Assembly: GCA_031400655.1 (NCBI GenBank)
Contig: JANNQH010000088.1
Location: 1-43,898 of the forward strand
Length of the DNA: 43,898 nt
From: Deltaproteobacteria bacterium
GTDB taxonomy: Bacteria > Myxococcota_A > UBA9160 > UBA4427
Direction: 5' to 3'
Shown: positions 1 through 10,105 of the stretch, in pieces
Layout of the letters: every line of letters begins with the position of its first letter
Position numbering within the stretch: the first letter of the stretch is position 1
Made by a program: the position numbers and the translations under genes
The notes under the pieces: generated by a model
Database searches by the model: none
Told to the model about the DNA's origin: nothing
The model's input: the letters and a program-made list of their open reading frames with translations, nothing else

Positions 1-92
1 GCGCGCTTCGCCCGCAGCGCGGCCTCGACGGCCGGCGGGGCCCCGCGCCGATCGGAGGATCGTCGACCCAGGAGCAAGCGCAGCAGCTTCAT
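1..92 (-). CDS. 5' end of an unidentified gene directly downstream of murB, running off the left edge. Its position and Arg-rich N-terminus would fit FtsQ, but 30 codons cannot show this.
   Basis: Reverse-strand ATG at 92..90 overlaps the murB stop (ATGA at 89..92). Reads MKLLRLLLGRRSSDRRGAPPAVEAALRAKR. Absent from the ORF track because it is truncated by the window edge. Confidence 0.4.
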   Translation of the reverse strand, partial: MKLLRLLLGRRSSDRRGAPPAVEAALRAKR

Positions 93-1018
93 GTCGCTCT
101 CTCCTCGGGTGTGCCGAGGATCTTGACCTCGGTCTCGAGCGCGATGCCGGTCCGGTCCGCGACCGTGCGGCGTGCGCGTTCGATCAGACATAACACGTCC
201 GCCGCCGTCGCGTCAGCGTGATTCACGATGAAATTCGCATGCACGGGCGATATTTCCGCCGCACCGACCCGCGAACCCTTCAATCCCGCCGCTTCGATCA
301 GTCTTCCGGCGTAGTCGCCGGGCGGATTGCGGAAGACCGAGCCGCAGCTCGGCTGGTCGATCGGCTGCGTGGCGTGGCGCTGCGCGAGCAGACGATCGAC
401 CTCCGCCTCGACGCTCGAGCGATCGCTGGCGCGGACCTCGAGCCTCGCTCCGACGAGGATGCTGCCCGGCGCGAGACCCGCGAGCTCGCGGTATCGGAAG
501 TCGAGGGCCGAGCGCGGGATCACGCTGATCGTCTGACCCTTGCGCTCGAGCACGTCGATCTCGCGCACCACGTCCTTCAGCTCCCGGACGCCGATGCCCG
601 CGTTCATCGCGAGCCAGCCGCCGAGAGTGCCCGGGATGCCGGCCCCGAACTCGAGGCCCGTGAGGCCGCGCTCCACGCAGAATCGGGTGATCGTGGCATG
701 CGAGGCCCCGGCTTCTACCGAGATCAGGTCGTCCGCGACGCGTTCGATCCGGCGGAGCTTGCGCAGCCGCAGGACGACGCCGCGTAGACCGCCCTCGAGC
801 ACCAGCACGTTGAAGCCACCGCCCAGCACGCTGATCGGCAGCCCGAGCTCGGCGCAGACCGCGACGAGCCGCACGAGCTCGGCCCGGTCCGCCGGTGTCG
901 CGAGGGCGTCTGCAGGACCACCGATCCGGAGCGAGGTGTGGCGCGAGAGGGGCACGTCAAACTCGACGCGCTCGGCGAGACAGCGGACGAGGGCCTCGCG
1001 CGCGGCGGAGTCGATCAT
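89..1018 (-). CDS. murB: UDP-N-acetylenolpyruvoylglucosamine reductase MurB
   Basis: 309-aa ORF with an FAD-binding N-terminal region (RHTSLRIGGPADALATP, VLGGGFNVLV) and the MurB C-terminal SCGSVFRNP motif. Its ATG overlaps the murC stop as ATGA, and it sits in dcw context. Confidence 0.95.
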   Translation of the reverse strand: MIDSAAREALVRCLAERVEFDVPLSRHTSLRIGGPADALATPADRAELVRLVAVCAELGLPISVLGGGFNVLVLEGGLRGVVLRLRKLRRIERVADDLISVEAGASHATITRFCVERGLTGLEFGAGIPGTLGGWLAMNAGIGVRELKDVVREIDVLERKGQTISVIPRSALDFRYRELAGLAPGSILVGARLEVRASDRSSVEAEVDRLLAQRHATQPIDQPSCGSVFRNPPGDYAGRLIEAAGLKGSRVGAAEISPVHANFIVNHADATAADVLCLIERARRTVADRTGIALETEVKILGTPEERAT

Positions 1019-2412
1019 GCGCGTCCCTCCGGTGCCGAGGCGAGGGCCTGCAGGAGCCGTGGGCCGAGGGCCGCGATGTCGCCGGCGCCGAGCGTCAGGA
1101 CGAGCTCGCCCGGCTCGAAGCGCTCGGGCCAGTCGCGCTCGATCGCTCGCAGGTCACCGCCATAGACGGCGTCGCGGTGGCCCCGGGCTGCGATCTCGTG
1201 GCAGAGCTTTTCGGCGTCGACGCCGGGGATCGGGGCTTCGCTCGCGGGGTAGATGTCGCCGATCACGACGCGGTCGGCATCGCCGAAGGCCGTCACGAAA
1301 TCGCTCCAGCAGTCGCGGGTGCGGGTGTAGCGGTGGGGCTGGAAGATCGCGGTCAGCTTGCCCGGATGGATGCTGCGCGCGGCGGCCAGTGCCGCGCGCA
1401 CCTCGGCGGGGTGGTGGGCGTAGTCGTCCACCACGGCGACACCGCGCGCCTCGCCCTTGCGCTCGAAGCGACGGGAGACGCCGGGAAAGCTCGGGAGCGC
1501 TTCCGCCAGCTGTTTGGCGGGGAGGTCGAGCTCGAGCCCGACCGCCAGGGAGGCCAGGGCGTTCAAGACGTTGTGGCGGCCGGGCAGGGCGAGCTCGAAG
1601 GTGAAGCGATCACCCGCCGCCAGCCGCACCTGACAGCGTTGGCCTCCGGCGCGGAGCTCGATCGACTCCGCTCGCACATGGGCGTCGGGGTGAAGGCCGA
1701 AGCCAATCTTCCTCGCCGTGATCCGGCCGGCGATCTCGGCGACGCCGGGATGGTCGATCCCGAGGATCGCGGCGCCCGAGAACGGCACGCTGTTGGCGAA
1801 AGCGACGAAGGCATCGAGCAGCCGCGCGCGGCTGCCGTAGTAGTCGAGGTGCTCCGGGTCGGCGTTGGTCACGACGGCGACGACCGGCCGCATCGAGAGA
1901 AAGGAGCCGTCGCTCTCGTCGACTTCGGCGACGGCCCATTCGGAGCGGCCGACCTGCAGCGGGCCCCGGTCGCCGTTGCCGAGCGGAATCCGCCCGCCGA
2001 CCAGCGCGGTCGGGTCGAGGCCGGCCTCGCGGAGCAGGTGGGCGGTCATGGCGGTCGTCGTCGTCTTGCCGTGGGAGCCGGCGATCGCGACGGTGTCGTG
2101 CTTGCGGAGGAGCTCGGCGAGGAGCGCCCCACGGCCGACGATCGTCAGGCCCCGGCTGCGTGCCGCGACGAGCTCGGGGTTGTCGTCCGCGATCGCCGAC
2201 GAGCGCACGACGACGTCGGCCGCACCGATGCGGTCCGAGCTGTGGCCGAGCTCCACGCGGATGCCGAGACGGCGCAGGCGTTCGAAGGTGGCACCGGCGA
2301 CGAGGTCGCTGCCGGTGACGGTGAAGCCGCGGGTCTGTAGCAGCTCTGCCAGGGCGGCCATGCCGATCCCACCGATCCCGACGAAGTGGAAGCGCTCGAA
2401 TCGGGGCCTCAT
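1015..2412 (-). CDS. murC: UDP-N-acetylmuramate--L-alanine ligase MurC
   Basis: True start is the internal ATG at 2412 (MRPRFERFHFVGIGGIGMAALAELL), which overlaps the murG stop as ATGA. Mur-ligase P-loop AIAGSHGKTTTTAM is present. The upstream part of the 776-aa track ORF is Arg/Pro-rich read-through. Confidence 0.95.
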   Translation of the reverse strand: MRPRFERFHFVGIGGIGMAALAELLQTRGFTVTGSDLVAGATFERLRRLGIRVELGHSSDRIGAADVVVRSSAIADDNPELVAARSRGLTIVGRGALLAELLRKHDTVAIAGSHGKTTTTAMTAHLLREAGLDPTALVGGRIPLGNGDRGPLQVGRSEWAVAEVDESDGSFLSMRPVVAVVTNADPEHLDYYGSRARLLDAFVAFANSVPFSGAAILGIDHPGVAEIAGRITARKIGFGLHPDAHVRAESIELRAGGQRCQVRLAAGDRFTFELALPGRHNVLNALASLAVGLELDLPAKQLAEALPSFPGVSRRFERKGEARGVAVVDDYAHHPAEVRAALAAARSIHPGKLTAIFQPHRYTRTRDCWSDFVTAFGDADRVVIGDIYPASEAPIPGVDAEKLCHEIAARGHRDAVYGGDLRAIERDWPERFEPGELVLTLGAGDIAALGPRLLQALASAPEGRA

Positions 2413-3542
2413 GTGGACTCCCGGAGCGAATCGGCCGGGAGCGACTGCGGGATCGGCCGGCCTTCGAGGTAATCGACACAGCGTTCGAGGATGTCCGTCG
2501 CCGCCCGCGGCCGGGCGAGGCGAGCCGCCGACTGACGCATCAGCACGAGCCGACCGGGCGAGCTGACGAACTCGGCGATCGTCTGGGAGAGGGCGTGGAC
2601 GTCGAGAGGCCTGGCCGGGATCCGCCGCGCGGCGCCCGCCTCTTCGAGGGCGCGGGCGTTGGCGCTCTGGTGGTCGTCGGCGGCGAAGGGGTAGGGGACG
2701 ACGAGGGCCGGCATGCCCGCCAGTGCGAGCTCGGCCACGGTCAGCGCGCCCGCACGACAGATCGCGAGGTCCGCCCAGGCATAGCGCTTCGGCATGTCGC
2801 GCTCGAACGCGACGACCTCGGCGGAGATTCCGAGCTCCGCATAGCGGGCGGCGACGGCGGCGCGATCGGTCTCGCCCGTCTGGTGGAATACCTCGATCGA
2901 ATTCTTCGCCAGCCGCGCGAGCGCTTCGGGGACGTGCTCGTTCAGCTGGCGCGCCCCCTGGCTGCCCCCGAAGACGAAGATCCGCAGCGGCTTGCCGGGA
3001 AGTCTCGTCTCGCCACGGGCAGCGAAGGCGCGGTAGAGGGCGCGGCGCAGCGGCACGCCCATGCAGACGCTCTGCGTGCGCCGCGGGAGATAGCCGCGCG
3101 CGGATTCGAAGCCGACGAAGACGCAGCGCGCGAACCAGGCCGTCAGCCGGTTGACGCGGCCGGGGATCGCGTTGGGCTCGACGAGAAAGAGCGGGCGTCG
3201 CGCGAGCCAGGCCGCGAGCGCCGTCGGCATCGCCGCATAACCTCCGACCGAGATCACGGCATCGGGGTGGTATTGCCAGAGAATCGCAAGCGCGCTGCCG
3301 ACGCTTCGAAGGATCGAGAAGGCCCCGCGCAGGCGCCCGAGCCAATTGCGACCCATCACCTGCTCGCTCGGGAGCACGCGCAGCTCGAAGCCGGCGTCGG
3401 GGACCAGGCGCGACTCGAGCCCGCGGCTCGAGCCGATGAACAGGACCTCGTCGCCGCGGTCGACGATCGCCTCGCCGAGGGCGAGGGCCGGCGTGACGTG
3501 GCCTCCGGTGCCGCCGCCTGTGACTACGAAACGCCGGGCCAT
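2409..3542 (-). CDS. murG: Undecaprenyldiphospho-muramoylpentapeptide beta-N-acetylglucosaminyltransferase MurG
   Basis: Internal ATG at 3542 preceded by GGGAGG. N-terminus MARRFVVTGGGTGGHVTPALALGEAI is the MurG glycine-rich loop. 377 aa; the rest of the 811-aa track ORF is read-through. Confidence 0.95.
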   Translation of the reverse strand: MARRFVVTGGGTGGHVTPALALGEAIVDRGDEVLFIGSSRGLESRLVPDAGFELRVLPSEQVMGRNWLGRLRGAFSILRSVGSALAILWQYHPDAVISVGGYAAMPTALAAWLARRPLFLVEPNAIPGRVNRLTAWFARCVFVGFESARGYLPRRTQSVCMGVPLRRALYRAFAARGETRLPGKPLRIFVFGGSQGARQLNEHVPEALARLAKNSIEVFHQTGETDRAAVAARYAELGISAEVVAFERDMPKRYAWADLAICRAGALTVAELALAGMPALVVPYPFAADDHQSANARALEEAGAARRIPARPLDVHALSQTIAEFVSSPGRLVLMRQSAARLARPRAATDILERCVDYLEGRPIPQSLPADSLREST

Positions 3543-4678
3543 TTGGCCTCCCGGATGCTGGGCGCGGGACCTGCCGGATGGCGCCGTGCCACGCCGAGCA
3601 GGATGCCGAGGGCGAAGCAGCAGACGACGAGCGAGGTCCGTCCGTAGGAAAGGAAGGGGAGCGTCAGGCCCTTGGTCGGCACGAGGCCCATCACGACCGA
3701 CGCGTTCAGGAAGGCGGGGATCGTCAGCAGCGCCACCATGCCGAATGCACACAACACGTCGAACTTGTCCCGAGCGCGCCGCGCCACGCGCGTGCCCGAG
3801 ATCCAGAGCGCCGCGAAGCACCCGATCACGACCAGCACGCCGATCAGCCCGAGCTCCTCGGCGACCAGCGCCAGCACGAAATCGGTATGCGCCTCCGGCA
3901 GGTAGTCGAGCTTCTGTCGGCTGTTGCCGAGGCCCGCGCCGATCAGGCCGCCTTGACCAAACGCCACGTAGGACTGGACGAGCTGCCAACCCGCCCCGAG
4001 CGAATCGCGGAAGGGATCGAGGAATCCCATCACGCGGCGCCAGGCGTAGGGATGGAGCACGACGTACACACCGACCAGTACGACGCCGGCGATGCCCGGC
4101 ATGACGAAGCGGGGCCAGGGTGTGCCCGCGATGAAGAGCAGCAGGGCCGTCAAGGCCACGAGCACGACGGCGTTGCCGAGGTCTGGTTGCAGCACCAACA
4201 GGCCGGCGGGCAGGATCGCCAGCGCCGCGGCCTGAAGCGTGCGCTGTGTCGTCAGCTCGCGCCGATCCTGGCGCCGCGACAGCCAATCCGCCACCGCGAC
4301 GAGCGTCACGCATTTGACCAGCTCGCCCGGTTGGAATCGGAAGTCGAGACCCGGGATGACGAGCCAGCGCTGTGCCCCGTTCACCTTGACGCCGACGGCG
4401 AGCGTCACGACGAGCAGCAGGATTCCGATCGCCCAGGCCGGCAGCGCGAGCCGCCGGATCACGACCGGAGGCGTCCAGTAGCCGATCGCGCCGATCAGTA
4501 GTCCGGCGAGCAGGCCGGTCACGTGATCGACGAAGAGCGGCGGGAAAGGGGTGTCGAGGGCGAGCGTCGCGGTGGCGCTGTAGCTCATCACGATGCCCAG
4601 CAAGATCAGGATCAGGCTCGAGATCGAGACGCCCGTATCGAGGACGAGGGGCGCGCGTCGGTCCGTGGCGGCGTTCAT
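3524..4678 (-). CDS. ftsW: SEDS-family peptidoglycan glycosyltransferase / cell division protein FtsW
   Basis: Start ATG 4678 overlaps the murD stop (ATGA). Polytopic membrane protein with SEDS motifs (QPDLGNAVVL, LPEAHTDFVLA). Its position between murD and murG is canonical. Confidence 0.9.
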   Translation of the reverse strand: MNAATDRRAPLVLDTGVSISSLILILLGIVMSYSATATLALDTPFPPLFVDHVTGLLAGLLIGAIGYWTPPVVIRRLALPAWAIGILLLVVTLAVGVKVNGAQRWLVIPGLDFRFQPGELVKCVTLVAVADWLSRRQDRRELTTQRTLQAAALAILPAGLLVLQPDLGNAVVLVALTALLLFIAGTPWPRFVMPGIAGVVLVGVYVVLHPYAWRRVMGFLDPFRDSLGAGWQLVQSYVAFGQGGLIGAGLGNSRQKLDYLPEAHTDFVLALVAEELGLIGVLVVIGCFAALWISGTRVARRARDKFDVLCAFGMVALLTIPAFLNASVVMGLVPTKGLTLPFLSYGRTSLVVCCFALGILLGVARRHPAGPAPSIREAKWPGVS

Positions 4679-6054
4679 GCTGGACTCCCGGAGTTTTCGA
4701 TACGTCGGACGGCGGCCACGAACTGGTGCCCGCGGTCCTCGAAATTCTTGAACTGGTCGAAGCTCGAGCACGCCGGGGCCAGCAGCACCGAATCCCCCGG
4801 CCTGGCAATTTCCGCCGCCCGCGCGACCGCCTTCGCGAGGTCACCGACGCGCTCGCACGGGACCGTGCCCGCGAGCGCCCGGTCGAGCTCGGCGGCGGCC
4901 TCGCCGATCAGGAGCGCGATGCGCACGCGACCGCGGGCGCTCGCCGCCAGCGGCGCGAGATCGGCGCCCTTGTGCTTCCCGCCCGCGATCCAGACGATCG
5001 GTGGCGTCATCGTTTCGAGGGCACGGGCGGCCGCGCCGAGATTCGTCGCCTTCGAGTCGTCGTACCAGGTGACGCCCCCGATCACCGCGACGCGGACGCA
5101 GCGATGGGGCAGGCCCTGGAAATCCGACAGCGCGGTCGCCGCCCGTGCGAGATCGATCTCGAGCTCGTCCTCGAGCGAGGCGAGGGCGAGCAGGGCCGCC
5201 ATCACGTTCTCGGTCTGCTTTTCGAGGTCGGCTGCCCCGGCGAGCGAGATCGAATGGGACTTCGACCCGCGCCGGATCTCGATCCGATCGCCGGCGATCC
5301 AGGCCTGACCGTCCGTGCGGGCTGTGCCCCGGGCCGGCTCTGTGCGGAAGAATTCGAGGCGCTCGACGCCCGGCGGAATCTCTGCCGTGCACGCGATCCG
5401 ATCGTCGCCGTTCACGATCGCGTGGTCGCCCTCGCCCTGGCGTGCGAAGAGCCGCGCCTTGGCTGCGAGGTAGCCGGCCATGTCGCCGTGGCGATCGTAG
5501 TGATCGGGGGAGAGGTTGAGCAGGACGGCGGTGCGTGGACGGAAATGCTCGACGCTCTCGAGCTGGAAGGACGAGACCTCGAGCACCGCGAGGTCGAGGG
5601 CCTGGCCGACCAGGTCGAGGGCGGGAATTCCGATGTTGCCCGCCGCTCTTGCGCGCAGGCCCGCCGCGTTCGCGAGGGCCTCGATCAGGCGCACGACGGT
5701 CGACTTTCCATTCGTGCCTGTCACAGCCACGATCGGAATCGTGAGCGCCTGACCACAGAGCTCGATGTCCCCCCACGCGCGCTTCGCCTTGCCGGCATAG
5801 CGAGCGTGCGGAATACCCGGGCTCGGGATGACGAGGTCGAAGCGGCCGAGCTCGGGAAACGGCTTTCCGAAATGTCTCTCGACCACGCCCGGCAGATTCG
5901 CCGCCTCGGGGATCTGGGACTCCGGACGTTCGTCCGCGGCGACGACCCGGGCGCCGCGGCGGACACAGTAGTCCGCCGCAGAACGTCCGGACACACCAAA
6001 GCCCAGCACGAGGACTTCACGGCCAGCGAGCTCCAAGGATCGATTCTCCAGCAC
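4675..6054 (-). CDS. murD: UDP-N-acetylmuramoylalanine--D-glutamate ligase MurD
   Basis: 459 aa with N-terminal Rossmann-like VLVLGFGVSGRSAA and Mur-ligase P-loop VTGTNGKST. dcw context. Confidence 0.95.
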   Translation of the reverse strand: MLENRSLELAGREVLVLGFGVSGRSAADYCVRRGARVVAADERPESQIPEAANLPGVVERHFGKPFPELGRFDLVIPSPGIPHARYAGKAKRAWGDIELCGQALTIPIVAVTGTNGKSTVVRLIEALANAAGLRARAAGNIGIPALDLVGQALDLAVLEVSSFQLESVEHFRPRTAVLLNLSPDHYDRHGDMAGYLAAKARLFARQGEGDHAIVNGDDRIACTAEIPPGVERLEFFRTEPARGTARTDGQAWIAGDRIEIRRGSKSHSISLAGAADLEKQTENVMAALLALASLEDELEIDLARAATALSDFQGLPHRCVRVAVIGGVTWYDDSKATNLGAAARALETMTPPIVWIAGGKHKGADLAPLAASARGRVRIALLIGEAAAELDRALAGTVPCERVGDLAKAVARAAEIARPGDSVLLAPACSSFDQFKNFEDRGHQFVAAVRRIENSGSPA

Positions 6055-6075
6055 GCGCGATGCGCGCAGTCCTGA

Positions 6076-7149
6076 CTAACGCAACTTGAGCGACGAGAGC
6101 GCGACGAGCCCGAGGATGATCGAGACGATCCAGAATCGGACCACGATCTTCTGCTCGGGCCAGCCCAGCTCTTCGAAATGATGATGGATCGGCGCCATCC
6201 GGAAGACGCGCTTCCCGGTCAGCTTGAACGACACGACCTGAATGATCACCGAAAGCGTCTCGATCACGAAGATCCCGCCGACCACCGCGAGCAGGATCTC
6301 CTGGCGGATCAGGACGGCGATCGTGCCGAGCGCGCCACCAAGGGCAAGCGACCCGACGTCGCCCATGAAGAGCTCCGCCGGCGACGCGTTGAACCAGAGG
6401 AATCCGAGCCCGCCCCCCACCAGCGCTCCGCAGAAGATCGCGAGCTGGCCTGCGCCCGGGACGGGCTTGATCTGGAGATACTCGGCGATGCCCGCGTGGC
6501 CTGCGGCGTAGGAGAGCAGCAGGAAGGTGCCCGCCGAGATCATGACGGGTCCGATCGCCAGCCCGTCGAGGCCATCGGTCAGGTTCACGCTGTTCGAGGC
6601 CGCGACGATGATGAAGGTCGCGAGCGGCACGTAGAGCCAGCCGATATGGGGCGTGAAGTTCTTGAAGAAGGGCACCGCGAGTTCGCCGTCGAAGGCGGGG
6701 CTCGTGTAGATCGCGATCGCGACGCCGAACGCGAGCAGCACCTGCCAGAAGAGCTTCGCCCGCGCCGAGATCCCAGCGCTCGTCTTCTTCCTGACCTTCG
6801 CGTAGTCGTCGATGAAGCCCAGCACCCCGTAGCCGGCCGTCAGGCCCAGCACGATCCAGACGAGGGGGTTGCTGAGATCCGTCCAGAGCAGGACCGAGAT
6901 CGCGAGCGAGAGCAGGATCAGGAGGCCGCCCATCGTGGGCGTGCCGGCCTTCGCGGCGTGGGCGGGGCCGATCTCGCGGATCGGCTGACCCATGCGCAGC
7001 GCCGCGAGCCTTCGGATCAGCCACGGGCCGACGATGAACGAGATGAAGAGCGCGGTCAGCGTCGCCGCCGCGGTGCGGAAGGTGATGTAACGGACGACGT
7101 TGAGTCCCGGAATCGTTTCAGCCAACGGATAGAGCCAGTGGTACAGCAT
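6076..7149 (-). CDS. mraY: Phospho-N-acetylmuramoyl-pentapeptide transferase MraY
   Basis: 357-aa polytopic protein with N-terminus MLYHWLYPL and motifs [13 protein letters not shown] and APIHHHFE. Confidence 0.97.
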   Translation of the reverse strand: MLYHWLYPLAETIPGLNVVRYITFRTAAATLTALFISFIVGPWLIRRLAALRMGQPIREIGPAHAAKAGTPTMGGLLILLSLAISVLLWTDLSNPLVWIVLGLTAGYGVLGFIDDYAKVRKKTSAGISARAKLFWQVLLAFGVAIAIYTSPAFDGELAVPFFKNFTPHIGWLYVPLATFIIVAASNSVNLTDGLDGLAIGPVMISAGTFLLLSYAAGHAGIAEYLQIKPVPGAGQLAIFCGALVGGGLGFLWFNASPAELFMGDVGSLALGGALGTIAVLIRQEILLAVVGGIFVIETLSVIIQVVSFKLTGKRVFRMAPIHHHFEELGWPEQKIVVRFWIVSIILGLVALSSLKLR

Positions 7150-8549
7150 CAGGAGTCGCCCTCTTCGAGTGCCTCGATCACGTTCTCGACCCGCGCCGAG
7201 CGCGAGCCCTTGAAGAGCACGCGGTCGCCTTCGGCGACGCGGCTTCGGACCCGTTTCGCGAGGGCCGACGCGCTCTCTTCGAAATGCACGCGATCGCCGG
7301 GCATCCCCGCCGCGCGGGCGCCGCTCGCGATCTTCTCCGCCCCGGTGCCGAGCACGAAGAGCTCGTCGATCGCCAGCTCCGCCGCGAGCCGTCCGAGCTC
7401 GAGGTGGGCCGCGTCGGCCTGCTCGCCGAGCTCCCCCATCCGCCCGAGTACCGCGAGACGCCGGCCCTTCTGCTCGAGCCGCGCGAGGGTCTCGAGGGCC
7501 GACTTCATCGACTGGGGATTCGCGTTGTAGCTGTCGTCGATCGCGAGCACGCCCCCGGCGAGACGCCGCGGCTGCATCCGGCCGGGAACGCCCGCATAGC
7601 CTGCGAGGCCGCGGACGACCGCATCGAGAGAGGCGCCGGCCGCCAGCGCACCGCCCGCCGCGGCGAGCGAGTTTTCGACCATCGTCTCCGCGAGGCCGGG
7701 CACGCGGATCTCGCCGCGGCCGTAGGGCGACTCGAAATCGAACACGAATGCGCCTTCGGCAAGGAAGCGGATCTGGCTGGCGCGCAGGTCGGCCTTCGGG
7801 TCGCGGCCAAACGAGAGTGTGCGGGCTGCGCTGCGTCGGCGCTGGCCGAAGGCGAGGGGCTCGTCGCGGGGGAGGATGGCCGTGCCGTTCGCGGGCAGGC
7901 TCGCGAGCAGGTCCCCCTTTTCTTCAGCGATCGCCTCGCGCGAGCCGAGGAACTCGATGTGGGCCGTGCCGACGTTGGTGAGGATGCCGATCGTCGGCTG
8001 CGCGATCTGGCAGAGCGCCGCGATTTCGTGGCGGTGGTTCATGCCCATCTCGACTACCGCATAGCGGTCCTCTTCGCGGCGCGCGAGGAGCGTCAGCGGC
8101 ACGCCGAAGTTGTTGTTCAGATTGCCCCGGGTCGAGAGCGTCGGACCCATCTGCTCGAGAATGCCCGCGCAGAGCTCCTTCGTCGTGGTCTTGCCGTTGC
8201 TGCCGGTGATTCCCACGAGCGGGCCCTCGTAGGATTGGCGATGGCCATGCCCGAGGTCGGCGAGCGCCTGCGTGGTGTCCTCGACCTCGATCACGAAGGC
8301 GCGGCCGGGAACCAGGGTCTCCTCGCAGTGGCCCCGCTCGATCAGTACGCCAGCGACGCCTTTGAGGAGCACTTCGGGGACGAAGCGATGGGCATCGTGG
8401 TTCGGCCCGACGATCGCGACGAAAAGCTCGTCCCCTCCGACTGCCCGGCTGTCGATCCGGGTTCCCCGGGCGCTCCGATCCGAGCCGCCGGCGAGCAGAT
8501 TTCCGCCGGTCCACTCGCAGATCTGATCCGCCCGGGCCGCGACGATCAT
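7149..8549 (-). CDS. murF: UDP-N-acetylmuramoyl-tripeptide--D-alanyl-D-alanine ligase MurF
   Basis: Internal ATG 8549 ([16 protein letters not shown]) overlaps the murE stop as ATGA. P-loop [13 protein letters not shown]. Its stop overlaps the mraY ATG (TGATG). Confidence 0.93.
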   Translation of the reverse strand: MIVAARADQICEWTGGNLLAGGSDRSARGTRIDSRAVGGDELFVAIVGPNHDAHRFVPEVLLKGVAGVLIERGHCEETLVPGRAFVIEVEDTTQALADLGHGHRQSYEGPLVGITGSNGKTTTKELCAGILEQMGPTLSTRGNLNNNFGVPLTLLARREEDRYAVVEMGMNHRHEIAALCQIAQPTIGILTNVGTAHIEFLGSREAIAEEKGDLLASLPANGTAILPRDEPLAFGQRRRSAARTLSFGRDPKADLRASQIRFLAEGAFVFDFESPYGRGEIRVPGLAETMVENSLAAAGGALAAGASLDAVVRGLAGYAGVPGRMQPRRLAGGVLAIDDSYNANPQSMKSALETLARLEQKGRRLAVLGRMGELGEQADAAHLELGRLAAELAIDELFVLGTGAEKIASGARAAGMPGDRVHFEESASALAKRVRSRVAEGDRVLFKGSRSARVENVIEALEEGDS

Positions 8550-10105
8550 GTGCGGCTCCGGGCCGCGAGGGCGCGGTGGGCCTCGATGCGGTCGTCGAAG
8601 GGGAATTTCTCGCGGCCGATGATCTGGTAGTCCTCGTGCCCCTTGCCGGCGAGCACGATCGTGTCCTCGGGCGCCGCTCCGCTGATGGCGAGTCGGATCG
8701 CCTCGCGGCGGTCCGCGATAGTTGCATAACACGCTCCTGCCGAGGAGCGTGTCGCGAAGAGCTCCGCGGCGGGGACCTTCGCGAGCGAACCAAGTCCGCC
8801 TTCGACGTCGGCGAGGATCGCGAGCGGGTCCTCGGTACGCGGATTGTCGCTCGTCGCGATCGCGAGGTCGGCGCTCTTCGCGACCGCCTCGGCCATACGC
8901 GGACGCTTGCTGCGGTCGCGGTCGCCGCCGCAGCCGAAGACGGCGATCAGGCGGCCGCGGCAGAGCGGGCGGACGGTGCGGAGGACTTTGTCGACGGCGT
9001 CCGGGGTGTGGGCATAGTCGACGAGCACGGTCGGCTCGTCGTGACCGGCGGCGACGACACGCTCCATCCGGCCCGGCACCTGGCGGCAGGTCGAGGCGCC
9101 CGCCGCGATCGCCTGGTGATCGATGCCGAGTGCTCGCCCGAGACCGGCGGCGACGAGCAGGTTCTCGAGGTTGAAGTCGCCGAGCAGCGGCAGTGAGACC
9201 TCGAACGAGCCCGTCGCGTCCTCGAGCACGGCGCGCGTTCCCGCGAGTCCGATCTCGCTCGAGACGAGTCGCAGATCCGCCGCGGCGCTCCGGCCGCGGC
9301 CGACGCGGATCAGCTCTGCCCCGGCGTCCCGCGCGATCCCGATCAGCTTCTCCGCGACCGGATCGTCGATGTTGATGACCGCGCAGCCGCCGGGTGCTAA
9401 GTGCTCGCGGAACAACCGCGCCTTGGCGGCGAAGTAGGCGTCCATGCTGCCGTGGAAATCGAGATGGTCCTGGGAGAGGTTGGTGAAGCCGGCGGCCCGG
9501 AAGGCACAACCGTCGACGCGGCCGAGCTCTAGGCCGTGGGAGGAGACTTCCATCACCGCGGCATCGACCTGATCGTTACACATCGCTCGCAGCATGCGCT
9601 GCAGATCGAGGCTCTCGGGCGTCGTGTTGATCGAGGGCTGGCGGTGACCCGCATAACGGATCTCGACCGTCCCGATCAGGCCTACGCGGAAGCCGGCCAG
9701 CGAAAGGATCGACTCGACGAGATAGGTCGTGCTGGTCTTGCCGTTCGTGCCGGTGACGCCGACGAGGCTGAGCTCGGAGGCGGGGTGACCGAAGAAGTGC
9801 GCCGCGATCGGCGCGAGCGCCCGGCGCGTATCCCGGACGCGCACTGCCGGCACGCCACGACACGCCTCGGCGGTGGGCAGTGTTTCGACGAGCAGCGCGG
9901 CAGCGCCGAGGTCCAGGGCGCGGCCGATGTAGGCGTGGCCGTCGGAGTGAGCGCCGCGGAATGCCACGAACAGATCGCCCGGCGAGACTTCCCGCGAGTC
10001 GTAGCGGATGCCGCGGATCGCGGGATCGTCGGAGGGCGACTTGCGAAGCCATTCGACCGGCGAGAGCGATTCCGGCAGCGCACCCAGCAGTGAAGAAAGC
10101 CGCAT
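8546..10105 (-). CDS. murE: UDP-N-acetylmuramoyl-L-alanyl-D-glutamate--2,6-diaminopimelate ligase MurE
   Basis: P-loop VGVTGTNGKTSTTY and a DNPR motif (SDNPRTEDP), typical of meso-DAP-adding MurE. I prefer the ATG at 10105, which lies 7 nt after GGAGG and overlaps the ftsI stop as TGATG. The GTG at 10108 is an alternative start. Confidence 0.94.
   Translation of the reverse strand: MRLSSLLGALPESLSPVEWLRKSPSDDPAIRGIRYDSREVSPGDLFVAFRGAHSDGHAYIGRALDLGAAALLVETLPTAEACRGVPAVRVRDTRRALAPIAAHFFGHPASELSLVGVTGTNGKTSTTYLVESILSLAGFRVGLIGTVEIRYAGHRQPSINTTPESLDLQRMLRAMCNDQVDAAVMEVSSHGLELGRVDGCAFRAAGFTNLSQDHLDFHGSMDAYFAAKARLFREHLAPGGCAVINIDDPVAEKLIGIARDAGAELIRVGRGRSAAADLRLVSSEIGLAGTRAVLEDATGSFEVSLPLLGDFNLENLLVAAGLGRALGIDHQAIAAGASTCRQVPGRMERVVAAGHDEPTVLVDYAHTPDAVDKVLRTVRPLCRGRLIAVFGCGGDRDRSKRPRMAEAVAKSADLAIATSDNPRTEDPLAILADVEGGLGSLAKVPAAELFATRSSAGACYATIADRREAIRLAISGAAPEDTIVLAGKGHEDYQIIGREKFPFDDRIEAHRALAARSRT

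Noticed and set aside
1015-9509. Very long versions of murC (776 aa), murG (811 aa) and murF (786 aa) in the ORF track, which could be read as fusion proteins
   Set aside because: The N-terminal extensions are Arg/Pro/Gly-rich and overlap the well-conserved upstream genes in another frame. Conserved N-termini begin at internal ATGs that overlap the upstream stop codons (ATGA) or are preceded by Shine-Dalgarno sequences.
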